Assembly (NCBI GenBank): GCA_963713615.1
Contig: CAVQMM010000001.1
Location: forward strand, 1,600,001-1,664,000
Reading direction: 5' to 3'
Length of the DNA: 64,000 nt
Source: an uncultured Chlamydiae bacterium
Lineage (GTDB): Bacteria > Chlamydiota > Chlamydiia > Chlamydiales > JAJFMA01
The translations under genes and the position numbers were made by a program. The notes beneath the pieces were generated by a model. The model had not been told where the DNA came from. It did no database searches and saw only the letters and a list, made by a program, of their open reading frames with translations. Position 1 is the first letter of the stretch. Every line of letters begins with the position of its first letter. Of this stretch, positions 18,776 through 29,077 are shown one piece after another.

Positions 18776-20637
18776 AATATCGCACTGGGAAAATCGCTGA
18801 TAAGATTTAGCTTGGTTACTATACCGATGTCAACAGTACTAATGCAAAGCTGTCTGCCAGATTCGATATTGTCATCAAAGAGAGCTCTAGAAAGAGGATT
18901 GACTAGATGAGTTTCGATTTTATTGCGGATCCCTCGTCCGCCATTAGATAGGTCTTTTAAGCAAAGTTCTCTAAGGGTTTGCAAGGCGGAAGAGGTTGCA
19001 ATAACCTCGATCCCTCGAGATCCTTTTAAATCTGCGAGCACGTTATTTATCATGCTCTTGAAAATTTGTTCGGCTATATCATCACGAATGAAGTCAAATA
19101 CGATAACATTGTCTCCTATTCGGTTGAGAATCTCAGGCCGGTTGAGGGTGAGCTTGAAGTGCTTCTCAATCTCTTCTCGAATACACTTTTGAATAGTTTC
19201 AAAGGAATCTGTCGGTGCAACCGTTGCTTTTCTATCCCCAGTGATATCTGTTTGATAGATACCAAGATTGGAAGTAAAAACAATAAAAGCTTCTGTAAAA
19301 TAGACCCTCTCCCCCCTGCCGGATGTCAAAACCCCATCATCGAGAATTTGAAGAAACTTATCGAGAATCCTGGGATGGGCTTTTTCAATTTCATCAAATA
19401 AAACGACACTAAAGGGTTTTTCTCGAATCGCGTTTGTCAGCTCTCCTCCTATGTCGTAACCGATGTAGCCTGGAGGGGCTCCAATTAAGCGTTGATCCGA
19501 ATGTTCAGCACTAAATTCGGACATATCAAAACGAATATAGGCGCTTTCATCACCAAATAGTAGGCTTGTAATGGATTTGGCTAGTTCTGTCTTTCCCACG
19601 CCTGTAGGTCCCGCTAAAAAGGCTACTCCTCTCGGACGCCCGCCTCGACGTGGAGCCCCTACTCCTGTAACCGCCCGCTTGATGATATCAAGCATATGGA
19701 CAACCGCATGGTCTTGTCCCTTGACTCGTTGCATAATAAAATTTTCGCCATCATGGATCTTGCTTCGATCGATTTTTTGCCAAGGATCCTCAGAAACACC
19801 TACCTTGTAACGGCGAACAGCTTCGCTTATCTTGGCGTATCCTAGCTTTTCCTCTCGACAGAGTTGAGCTATTAGCATGAGATCAACTAAAAGCAACCCT
19901 TCAGTATTATCCACAAAGTCTTGAAGCGCGACATCTTTTAGCTGGGCGGATGCGTCCTTTGCTCCCTCAAGGGACTGAATAAGAGAATTCGCCAGAATTC
20001 GACGCATCTGATGGTCTGGATTTGGAATAGAAATATGACGAACCTTTGAATTGTCAACCGTAAGCCAAGCAGGCATATCCCCTTCTTTTTCAGCTACCCA
20101 TAAGATCGTATTAAAGAATGGTTTTGATGGAGACCCATGAGCACGAACTCTAGCTTCGTGCGATCGAATCAAAGCTCTTGTAAAAAGACGATGTTCATTG
20201 TCACTAAGATTATTTTGGTTAATGATTAAGCGCGATGCAAAGTCGATGATTAGAGCGATTGGTTCCGCTTTCCACGTAATCACTTTTTCTAAAACTTCTT
20301 CGAAAAGATCTAGACCCGCAGGCGCACAACCATTTGCGGGTTGAAGCCCTAGTTGCTTCATCAAGGTTTCTGCATCTTTGTAACCTTGTTGACCATTTAA
20401 TGAACCAATACTTTTGAAGCCATTGACGAAGTCATAGCATAATACATGAGTGTAGCCGCACGTTCGCAATTCTTCGTTTAAGAAAGAACTGAGTGGTCGA
20501 ACAACAGCACCGCTTGCTTTGTCTTCGATCTGAAGGTCTCGTACATTGCCTGAAAGCACAAATTGACTTTTCAAAGGCAAAAAACGTATGAGATCGCGCA
20601 ACCACTTTGATTTTTTCACTTCTAAGTCTTTGATCAT
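18772..20637 (-). CDS. ClpB-like AAA+ ATPase (single intact ClpA/B NBD2-type domain with a novel N-terminal region)
   Basis: FLAGPTGVGKTELAK, FDMSEFS, LIGAPPGYIGY, VVLFDEIEKAHP, RPEILNRI, GGRGIRN. Confidence 0.9.
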   Translation of the reverse strand: MIKDLEVKKSKWLRDLIRFLPLKSQFVLSGNVRDLQIEDKASGAVVRPLSSFLNEELRTCGYTHVLCYDFVNGFKSIGSLNGQQGYKDAETLMKQLGLQPANGCAPAGLDLFEEVLEKVITWKAEPIALIIDFASRLIINQNNLSDNEHRLFTRALIRSHEARVRAHGSPSKPFFNTILWVAEKEGDMPAWLTVDNSKVRHISIPNPDHQMRRILANSLIQSLEGAKDASAQLKDVALQDFVDNTEGLLLVDLMLIAQLCREEKLGYAKISEAVRRYKVGVSEDPWQKIDRSKIHDGENFIMQRVKGQDHAVVHMLDIIKRAVTGVGAPRRGGRPRGVAFLAGPTGVGKTELAKSITSLLFGDESAYIRFDMSEFSAEHSDQRLIGAPPGYIGYDIGGELTNAIREKPFSVVLFDEIEKAHPRILDKFLQILDDGVLTSGRGERVYFTEAFIVFTSNLGIYQTDITGDRKATVAPTDSFETIQKCIREEIEKHFKLTLNRPEILNRIGDNVIVFDFIRDDIAEQIFKSMINNVLADLKGSRGIEVIATSSALQTLRELCLKDLSNGGRGIRNKIETHLVNPLSRALFDDNIESGRQLCISTVDIGIVTKLNLISDFPSAIL

Positions 20638-20800
20638 TTAAAATTTCCAAAGGTAACGGTTATTTTGGTTCTCTCTCACCTTTAGTTCTTCAAAGCTCGA
20701 TCTAGAACTTTTTTTTCAGTCATAAGCGTCTAACGTTCTGGTTGTTGACCGGAAATTGTAATGCTGACGAGCATTTATCTGCAACTAAAGAGACTATTTT

Positions 20801-22294
20801 GGGTGCAATCCAAACTTGTACGCAGAGCAATTCTTGTGTAAGATTGTTTACACAATGTTGCGGCTGACCCAGCATGAAACCCTATCCAAATCAATAATAT
20901 GCGAATTTAGATGAAGACTATTCCACCATCACACGACCTTTCTGAGGATGAACGTTATATTTTACATGTGCTTAGAGAAAATCCAAGTCTGTTACAGCCG
21001 CTCCTGGAGATGGTTGATGTCGTTGGTAAGAATTTTGAAGCGCTTAAGACGGGCGATGAAGCAGAAGAAGCTACCATAGCTGCTATTCGTAAGTCTGGGC
21101 AGGCCATTCTTCAAAATTGGGCGGATCATCGTGTTAAGCAGGTAGAATCTCAATACGAGCCTGAGAAGGGCATCCGTCCCCACGGAAAAAAAAAGTCGAA
21201 TGGCAGACAACACTAGGACGCATCACTGTTGTTCAAAGGTGTTTTCTACAAAAGAAGCATCGTGGTCGACCTTCACATCGTTTAAGGCCTTTTGAGGACT
21301 TTTCAGGGATAAAACACCAAGATTGGTCAAAGCGGTGTCAACGCTTGATAACTGATCTAGGATCCGAGGAATCCTTTTCGAGGGCCGCGAAACAGATGAA
21401 GGAGCACCATGGATTGGAAATCAGTCCCACTACGATATCAAATATCACGCTTAAACATGCCAAGAGGGCGCAGCTGATGATGAAAAAGCCTCCTATCGGG
21501 AAAAAGGCAGACAATCCAACAACCCCACTTGTGGTTGAAATGGATGGTGGAATGGTGCCCCTAGTTGAAACAGCTGGTTCTGGAGATAGACGGAAAAACA
21601 GAAGAGTATCCTGGGCAGAGCTTAGAGTGGGGGTTATTCAGCGCTTAGGGGAAGCAGACTGGAAATACACGTGTTCCTTTAATAGCCCTGATGATTTGGG
21701 AAATAGAATGCTAACATTATTAGAACGGCAATTTGGGTGGGAAGGACAGAGCCAATTACATGGTATAGGGGATGGAGCAAAATGGATAACTGAACAGATG
21801 GAAAGGGTAGCAGGAAGCCGAGGGAACTACCTAATTGATCTGTATCATTTAAGTGAGTATCTAGCGGGAGCAGCAACGGCCTGGACTGAGGATATTAAAA
21901 AGGAGACTCGAGCGCTAAAGACCCGCTTAAAAAAAGGACAGATCGTGAATGTGAAGCGAAAGCTTCGAAAGTACTCCAAAGTTCACCCTGAGCATGAGGG
22001 CCTGCAAAAGTGTATACAATACATAACTAATAGACCTGGGCAGTTTAAGTATGATGAAGCGATTAGAAAAGGTTTGCCAATAGGTTCGGGGAAAATAGAA
22101 AGCACGCATCGCCATGTGATTCAGAAGCGGTTGAAAAAGCCCGGAGCATGGTGGAGACGGGATCATGCGGATCAAATGGCAAACCTTAGAACTCTTCGAG
22201 CTAACGATGAATGGGAAAGGCTTTGGCAAGATGAGGTAGTCTGTGAGCTCGATTGCCTAGCCGCCTAAGGTGAGTACAAATTTGAATTACACCC
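20801..22294 (+). mobile_element. Insertion sequence, ISKra4/ISLre2-like (1494 bp)
   Basis: IRL GGGTGCAATCCAAACTTGTAC and IRR (revcomp) GGGTGTAATTCAAATTTGTAC match at 18 of 21 bases. No target duplication is visible. Confidence 0.88.
20911..22268 (+). CDS. DDE transposase (UPF0236/ISKra4-like), two ORFs joined by a -1 frameshift
   Basis: ORF1 (20911-21216) joins ORF2 at the A9G run (21186-21195). The -1 frame continues VEWQTTLGRI into EMDGGMVP, GDGAKWI, DLYHL, IGSGKIES. Confidence 0.85.
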
Positions 22295-23893
22295 GACATT
22301 ATCCCCTATTCGGTTGAGAATTTCAGGTCGGTTGAGCGTTAGCTTGAAGTGCCTTTCAATCTCTTCTCGAATACGCTTTTGAATACTTTCAAAGGAGTCT
22401 ATCGGTGCAACCGTTGCTTTTCTCTCCCCAGTGATATCTGTTTGATAGATACCAAGATTGGAGGTAAAGACGATAAAAGCTTCTGTAAAATAAACCCTCT
22501 CCCCCCTGCCGGATGTCAACACCCCATCATCGAGAATTTGAAGAAACTTATCGAGAATCCTGGGATGGGCCTTTTCAATTTCATCAAATAGAACGACACT
22601 AAAGGGTTTTTCTCGAATCGCGTTTGTCAACTCTCCTCCCATGTCGTAACCGATGTAGCCTGGAGGGGCTCCAATCAAGCGTTGATCCGAATGTTCAGCA
22701 CTAAATTCGGACATATCAAAACGAATATAGGCGCTTTCATCTCCAAATAGGAGGCTGGTAATGGATTTGGCTAGTTCTGTCTTTCCCACGCCTGTTGGCC
22801 CCGCTAAAAAGGCTACTCCTCTAGGACGTCCGCCTCGACGCGGAGCCCCTACTCCTGTAACTGCTCGCTTAATGATATCAAGCATATGGGCAACCGCATG
22901 GTCTTGTCCCTTGACTCGTTCCATAATAAAGTTCTCGCCATCATGGATCCTGCGTCGATCGATTTTTTGCCAAGGATCCTCAGAAACACCTACCTTGTAA
23001 CGACGAACCGCTTCGCCTATCTTGGCGTATCCTAGCTTCTCCTCTCGACACAGTTGAGCGATTAGCATGAGATCAACTAAAAGCAGACCTTCAGTATTAT
23101 CTACAAAGCTTTGAAGCGCGACATCTTTTAGCTGGGCCGATGCTTCCTTTGCCCCCTCAAGGGACTGAATAAGAGAACTCGCAAGAATTCGACGCATCTG
23201 ATGGTCTGGATTTGGAATAGAAATATGACGGACCTTTGAATTGTCAGCCGTTAGCCAAGCAGGCATATCCCCTTCTTTTTCGACTACCCATAAAGCAGGC
23301 ATATCCCCTTCTTTTTCGACTACCCATAAGATCGTATTAAAGAATGGTTTTGATGGAGATCCATATGCACGAACCCGAACTTCGTGCGATCGAATCAAAG
23401 CTCTTGTAAAAAGACGATGTTCGTTATCATTGAGTACATTTTGATGAACGATCAACCGAGATGCAAAGTCGATGATTAGAGCGATTGGCTCTCCTTTCCA
23501 ATTAATCACCTTTTCTAAAACTTCTTCGAAAAGATCTAGACCTGCCGGCGCACAACCATTTGCTGGTTGAAGCCCTAACTGCTTCATTATATTCTCTGCA
23601 GCTTCATAACCTTGTTGGCCATTTACTGGATCAATAACTTTAAATCCATTAACGAAGTCATAGCATAAGACTTGAGAGTAGCCATACGTTCGTAATTCTC
23701 CGTTTAGACAAGAAGTAAGTGGTCGAACAACGGCACCACTTGCCTTGTCTTCGATCTGAAGGTCTCGTACATTGCCTGAAAAAACAAATTGGCTTTTCAG
23801 GGGTAAAAAACGAATGAGATCCCGCAACCACTTTGATTTTTTGACTTCCGAAGCTATTACCAAATTACCATCGAAATTAATACTCAAGATCAT
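22295..23893 (-). pseudogene. Second ClpB-like AAA+ ATPase copy, 3'-truncated by the IS
   Basis: Closely similar to 18772-20637 until ...EILNRIGDNV, where the IS end begins. Carries a 36-bp in-frame duplication (LWVVEKEGDMPA twice, 23257-23329). Confidence 0.85.
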
Positions 23894-23915
23894 CCTCCAA
23901 ACAAACTAGTCGAAT

Positions 23916-25265
23916 CTAGAAACCAAGACCAGCCAGCAATTCATCTTTAGACTCGTCTTCGCGGTATTCTGTATGCCAAGCATCACGGAATGCCTCAAAG
24001 GTTTCCCAGGTTCCTTTTTTGATATGATAAAATAAAAACCTTAAGCCATCTGTATCGATCCAATACTGTGATCCAGGCTTTTTACTTCCCCAAGGCATAA
24101 TTTTTTCCGCTAACATATAAAGTCGCAAATCTCGAACGCAACCTCTACCAATAATCCCATCTGTGATTTTCTTGTGTATTTCTTTCTTTTTAATAGCAAC
24201 ATCCCTGCGCAACCAGTTCAAATCAAAAATGTGATTGTTATGGCAAAGCAGATAATTACCGGACGCAACAGACATAACCGGTTGACAGCTTTCGGATTGC
24301 AATAGACTGGTTAAAATCTGAATTCTTCTTGGCATTGGTAATTGAAGAATCTGCAGAAATTCATCACTGAATGCAGGGTCCTCTAATTCGAAATTATTAG
24401 ACGTCACTGCCGCCAAGAGACTTTCGGATATATCATAGGGTGTATTACATATCATAAAGAACATTTTTCTTCGAAATTCTCTCTGATACACATCTGGCCT
24501 AGATAATAACATTTCTAACTGTAGTGAAGACATGATTTCGAAGAGTTCTTCTGGAATACATTCATGATAATCTCCGTCTTGAGCAGGTAGTTTTTCTATA
24601 AGAAGAAATGCCACAATTTCAGGAACTGTAGAAATCAATCTCCACATATTTTTAAGCCCATGACCTTGAGCCCACATATTCCCAACGTCACTTGGTTCAT
24701 AAGTATAATACCAGATAAATCTATCCGCGGACAAATACGTATCCACTATTTCATATACTTCGATCTCTGAGATCCTTTGGTTGGAAAGACCGTTAAGGCA
24801 AAAATACTTAATGAATTCCGCAAAATTCTCCCCATTAATTTCCCCAGATTTTACGAAAGCTAATCGAGCCTGATGTTCAAAATCTAACAATTCTTCAAAA
24901 TCCTTCTCGCAGGGCTTCCATCCCCAGGGTGTGGTTTCAAGAGGTAGATATCTAATCAAGTGATGCGAATCACTGTCAATGATTGCCTGAATCATTGGGT
25001 CTAAATTTTTGGACCATTTACATTTAAATTCATACGACTTAACTGCCAAATAACGAATAAAAGGATTACTGCTTTCTGCGGCCAATAGACATAACTCATT
25101 CATTAAATGCGTTAAAACCCTTAGATCTTTCTTGTTTGTTTTTTCGATGAAAAACGTAATTTTCGTTTCATCACTCAGATAGGGCCACATCGCCATAATT
25201 TCTGCGAATCGAGCAGGAGAAGGAGATTTAAAAAACTGCTGAAACAATAAACTGTCATTTGTCAT
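23916..25265 (-). CDS. Hypothetical alpha-helical protein
   Basis: 449 aa AT-rich ORF ending 22 nt upstream of the AAA copy. No recognised motif. Confidence 0.75.
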   Translation of the reverse strand: MTNDSLLFQQFFKSPSPARFAEIMAMWPYLSDETKITFFIEKTNKKDLRVLTHLMNELCLLAAESSNPFIRYLAVKSYEFKCKWSKNLDPMIQAIIDSDSHHLIRYLPLETTPWGWKPCEKDFEELLDFEHQARLAFVKSGEINGENFAEFIKYFCLNGLSNQRISEIEVYEIVDTYLSADRFIWYYTYEPSDVGNMWAQGHGLKNMWRLISTVPEIVAFLLIEKLPAQDGDYHECIPEELFEIMSSLQLEMLLSRPDVYQREFRRKMFFMICNTPYDISESLLAAVTSNNFELEDPAFSDEFLQILQLPMPRRIQILTSLLQSESCQPVMSVASGNYLLCHNNHIFDLNWLRRDVAIKKKEIHKKITDGIIGRGCVRDLRLYMLAEKIMPWGSKKPGSQYWIDTDGLRFLFYHIKKGTWETFEAFRDAWHTEYREDESKDELLAGLGF

Positions 25266-25597
25266 GTTTTATTTTCCAAAACTATTTTTTCTAAAAACTC
25301 ATGTATCCACACAATAGAACTGTCTTTTTATAGCTTCGCCACTGAATGATAAATCCATTTAATTCAAAAAGCAAGACAAAAGTCATCTATATCTAATTGA
25401 TAATAATTGACTTGTGTCAGCCGAGCCTGACAACATGATCTCCAACATTAGGCCCCCTGTTTTTTTATCTTTTGTTGTGAGAAGCCTATCAGGATGAACT
25501 TGTCTAACGAATTGGCGATAAGCTCTCTACAATCGTAGCGTGAAAACGCATTTCCCCCTAGGCTCCGATTCCTGCGCAAGAGAAACTGTTATCTTTG

Positions 25598-25627
25598 GCG
25601 GTGCAATGGCGGTGCAACGCGGTGCAA
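25598..25627 (+). repeat. Three GCGGTGCAA direct repeats (putative integrase arm sites)
   Basis: Copies at 25598, 25609 and 25619, about 110 bp inside the att core. Confidence 0.6.
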
Positions 25628-25736
25628 TTTGTGTTAGCACGAACCGATGGAATCCGGTAGACAGAAAGGCTACAAGCTGCTTATAGTGTTGCTGATAGCG
25701 GTTAGGTGATGTCGGGTATTGTGGAGGACCTCCGCC

Positions 25737-25778
25737 CTCATAATCCGTTGGTCGCAGGTTCAAGTCCTGCTTGCCCCA
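25737..25778 (+). tRNA. 3' half of a tRNA-Met/Ile2 (CAT): att-site duplication at the island boundary, not a full gene
   Basis: CTCATAA-TCCGT-TGGTC-GCAGG TTCAAGT CCTGC-TTGCCCC-A covers the anticodon loop, T arm and 3' acceptor strand. The upstream sequence lacks a D arm and the 5' acceptor strand. Confidence 0.88.
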
Positions 25779-25899
25779 TTTTGTCTTTCACCATATCAAA
25801 GAAAAACTTGGGGTCGGGCCTAGGGTGTTGATTTGAGTTTTTTTCGACTCAAAAAATTTTAACTGACAGTCATTGCATTCCTTTAAGGGGTACGTGGGA

Positions 25900-27432
25900 T
25901 CACGGATTTGGACTTGGGCCTATGCGGTCATAAGCAGCCTCTTTGGGCTGAAGTTTGAGCGAACAGCTTTCTTCCAAGATGTCAGCTAAAGAATCGCATT
26001 GCCCTTCAAAATCGCCTTTCAAATTCGTTAGAGGAGAATTCAGGGATGGTAATCTCTTTTTTTCTCTAAGATGATTAATGAGCGTTCTGGTGAAAAGGGG
26101 GTTTTTAAAGATATCATGGATAAATGTTCCAAACATAAGAGGATGTTCAGAAATAGCTCCATCGACGCCATCTTCTGACATGAAGAGAGGGGCGGCATCG
26201 ATTCCATACTCGACTTCCCCACAGTGAATTTCATAGCCCGAGATTTCTCCAACTTCTTCAAAGAGATGATGACCTGTCGGCCGATAAAGAACCTGAGCAA
26301 CCTTCTTATTTTTTTTGAATTTCACGACAAAATCAAAAAAACCAAAACCAGAAAGCTCGGAAAAATGCGACTCTACGTTATTGGGGTCATACAGATGCTT
26401 CCCCATCATTTCAAAGCCTCCACAAATACCCATCACAGGCGTTGTGGACAGATTCAATTTAATGGCCCGCTCCCAGCCTATTCTTCGTAAAAAATCCAAA
26501 TCCCAAAGGGTATTTTTTGATCCGGGAACAATGATCAAATCGGGAGATCCCAAAGTCCCGGGAGAGCGCACGAAACGCACTTTAACATTTTGTTCAGCGA
26601 TTAAGGCATTAAAATCATTTGCATTGGATATGTGTGGGAGATAAACAACGGCAATATCTATCTCTGGATTTGTGCAGACTTGGGTTTTGATACAATCTTC
26701 TTCCTCTAAAAGGAGATCCGAAATGTATGGGATCACTCCAGCAATAGGAATTCCAGCATGTTCTTCAATAAAATCAATGGCCGGTTGAAGGATTTCTCTG
26801 TCTCCTCGAAATTTATTGATGAAAATGCCCTTGATGAGTTTTTTGTCCTCTGGAGCCACTAATTCTAAAATACGTAAAGTCCCCAAAATATCTGCAAAGA
26901 CTCCTCCTTTATCGATGTCAACAACCAGGTAGACATCAGCGTCCAACAAGTGGGCCATTCCCATGTTAACGAGGTCATTGGAACGGAAATTTGGCTCCGC
27001 ACAGCTGCCCGCTCCCTCCGCAATAATCAAATCAAATGAGTGATGAAGAACTTTGAGGGATGTTTGGATAGCCTCAAACTTGCGTTGGTACCATTCCGAA
27101 GAAAAGAAATAATCCTTCGCTGCAAAATTCCCCACTGCCTTGCCATGCAGAATGACTTGAGACTCTGTATCACTGTTCGGTTTTAGAAGAATGGGATTCA
27201 TATGAATAGATGGCTCTTGCTTCGCTGCAAAGGCCTGAACAGCTATTGATCTAGCGATTTCCTCTCCATTTAAAGTAGCAAAACTATTGAGCGACATATT
27301 TTGCGATTTGAAAGGAGCTACCCTTATTCCCTGGTTGGCAAAAAGGCGACAGAGACCTGTCACAATCGTGGTCTTCCCAGCATGCGAACTAGTTCCTAAA
27401 ATCATAATGGGTTTGAAAGTCACAGAACTCAT
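25900..27432 (-). CDS. cobQ: Cobyric acid synthase
   Basis: MILGTSSHAGKT, APFKSQNMSLNS, MNPILLKP, EGAGS, INKFRGD, LPHISN, GICGGFEM, GYEIH. Confidence 0.95.
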   Translation of the reverse strand: MSSVTFKPIMILGTSSHAGKTTIVTGLCRLFANQGIRVAPFKSQNMSLNSFATLNGEEIARSIAVQAFAAKQEPSIHMNPILLKPNSDTESQVILHGKAVGNFAAKDYFFSSEWYQRKFEAIQTSLKVLHHSFDLIIAEGAGSCAEPNFRSNDLVNMGMAHLLDADVYLVVDIDKGGVFADILGTLRILELVAPEDKKLIKGIFINKFRGDREILQPAIDFIEEHAGIPIAGVIPYISDLLLEEEDCIKTQVCTNPEIDIAVVYLPHISNANDFNALIAEQNVKVRFVRSPGTLGSPDLIIVPGSKNTLWDLDFLRRIGWERAIKLNLSTTPVMGICGGFEMMGKHLYDPNNVESHFSELSGFGFFDFVVKFKKNKKVAQVLYRPTGHHLFEEVGEISGYEIHCGEVEYGIDAAPLFMSEDGVDGAISEHPLMFGTFIHDIFKNPLFTRTLINHLREKKRLPSLNSPLTNLKGDFEGQCDSLADILEESCSLKLQPKEAAYDRIGPSPNP

Positions 27433-27586
27433 GCTGCTAGAAGATTCATAGAGGAGACGTGTACGACCCCTGGCATTATGTCAGAAATTTGGTCAGGATT
27501 CCACTGTAGTTTTTATACCCGAATCAGCCATAACATGAACCTCATGGATATGAGGTGTGCTCCAAAAAAATAATCATGGCTTGCTA

Positions 27587-29020
27587 ATGAAAATCTTGCT
27601 CACGGGCGCCAACGGCTATATTGGCACACGACTCCTGCCTCTTCTTCTAGAAAAAGGACATGAAGTTTTCGCTCTTGTCCGCAGCGACAAACGTATGTCA
27701 ATTCCTGAGAAATTTGAACAACAGGTTCATGTTATCCAAGCTGATCTGCTGGATGCACAGTCACTAGAAAAAATCCCTAGTGACATCGACGCTGCTTACT
27801 ATCTTGTTCATTCTATGAGCACTTCTACTGAAAAGTTTTCCTCGCTCGAATCCAAATCAGCAATGCATTTTCGTGACCGGCTCTCCTCTACTAAGACTCG
27901 TCAAATCATCTATCTAAGCGGTATTGTCAACGATGAGGAACTCTCCCATCATCTTGAATCTCGTAAGAATGTTGAGACCATCTTACGCCAAGGAAAGGTC
28001 CCCGTAACAACACTCATGGCTGGAATCATCATTGGGGCTGGCAGCGCTTCATTTGAGATCATCCGAGATCTTGTAGAAAAGCTTCCGATCATGGTTGCCC
28101 CGAAATGGACCACAAACCTCACGCAGCCAATCGCCATCCGTGATGTGCTCGACTACTTAATTCTCGTCCTAGATCATCCTGCATGCATTGGTAAACAGTT
28201 TGAAATCGGCGGACCTGATGTTCTTAGCTACAAGGACCTCCTTCTTGAATTTGCACATATCCGGGGCTTGAAGCGCTGGATCATTACTGTGCCCGTATTA
28301 ACGCCAAAACTCTCGTCGTACTGGCTCTATTTTATTACCTCAGCAAGCTTCCCTCTGGCACAATCACTTGTCGAAAGCCTTAAAAATAATGCCATATGCA
28401 AAGAAAGCAACATCCAAAGGATCTTCCCCAAAGAGCTTTTGAATTTTGAAGCAGCTGTTAAACGCTCATTTGAATGCATTGAACAAGACAATGTTCCTTC
28501 TAGTTGGAAGGATGCCATAGGAAACTCCAACCTAAACCCCGACCTTACAACCTATGTCCAAGTCCCTCAATTTGGAACAGTTTTTGATACACAGGTCGTT
28601 CCTTTCACTCAATCTCCAGAAGTCGTTCAAGACAGAATTTGGTCGCTCGGTGGGGATAACGGTTGGGCCTATATGAACTGGGCATGGGAGGTAAGAGGAT
28701 TTGTCGATAAAGTATTCGGAGGTACAGGCCTTCGTCGCGGAAGAACTCAACCAACTCGCCTAAAGGATGGAGATGCTCTTGATTTTTGGCGCGTTCTGCT
28801 GGCAGATAAAAACAATCATCGCCTCTTGCTGTATGCTGAAATGAAGCTTCCGGGCGAAGCTTGGCTTGAATTCAAGATTATTAACCAAACGCTATATCAA
28901 ACAGCCACCTTCCGACCACACGGACTCTTAGGAAGGCTCTATTGGTACGGCCTGTTTCCTTTCCATTACTTGATCTTTAAGGGACTGGCAAGAGCTTTAG
29001 TGAAGAAGTCGATAGATTAG
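27587..29020 (+). CDS. SDR/NAD(P)H-binding oxidoreductase with DUF2867 (YbjT-like)
   Basis: MKILLTGANGYIG, YYLVHSM, GDALDFWRV, AEMKLPGEAWLEF. Confidence 0.9.
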   Translation: MKILLTGANGYIGTRLLPLLLEKGHEVFALVRSDKRMSIPEKFEQQVHVIQADLLDAQSLEKIPSDIDAAYYLVHSMSTSTEKFSSLESKSAMHFRDRLSSTKTRQIIYLSGIVNDEELSHHLESRKNVETILRQGKVPVTTLMAGIIIGAGSASFEIIRDLVEKLPIMVAPKWTTNLTQPIAIRDVLDYLILVLDHPACIGKQFEIGGPDVLSYKDLLLEFAHIRGLKRWIITVPVLTPKLSSYWLYFITSASFPLAQSLVESLKNNAICKESNIQRIFPKELLNFEAAVKRSFECIEQDNVPSSWKDAIGNSNLNPDLTTYVQVPQFGTVFDTQVVPFTQSPEVVQDRIWSLGGDNGWAYMNWAWEVRGFVDKVFGGTGLRRGRTQPTRLKDGDALDFWRVLLADKNNHRLLLYAEMKLPGEAWLEFKIINQTLYQTATFRPHGLLGRLYWYGLFPFHYLIFKGLARALVKKSID

Positions 29021-29077
29021 CCTGTAAACCAACCTCTCCTAGCGGGAGTTTCAAGAACGTTTGGAAAAAGGAGAGAA

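Noticed and set aside
18772..20637. Housekeeping clpB
   Set aside because: Lacks the Clp N-domain, an intact first NBD and the M-domain, and lies in an island operon, so no gene symbol was assigned.
25700..25780. Complete tRNA-Met gene
   Set aside because: No 5' acceptor strand or D arm, and the 5' anticodon stem does not pair. It is only the 3' att fragment.
27432..27560. Cobalamin riboswitch upstream of cobQ
   Set aside because: The region is short and has no recognisable B12-box motifs.
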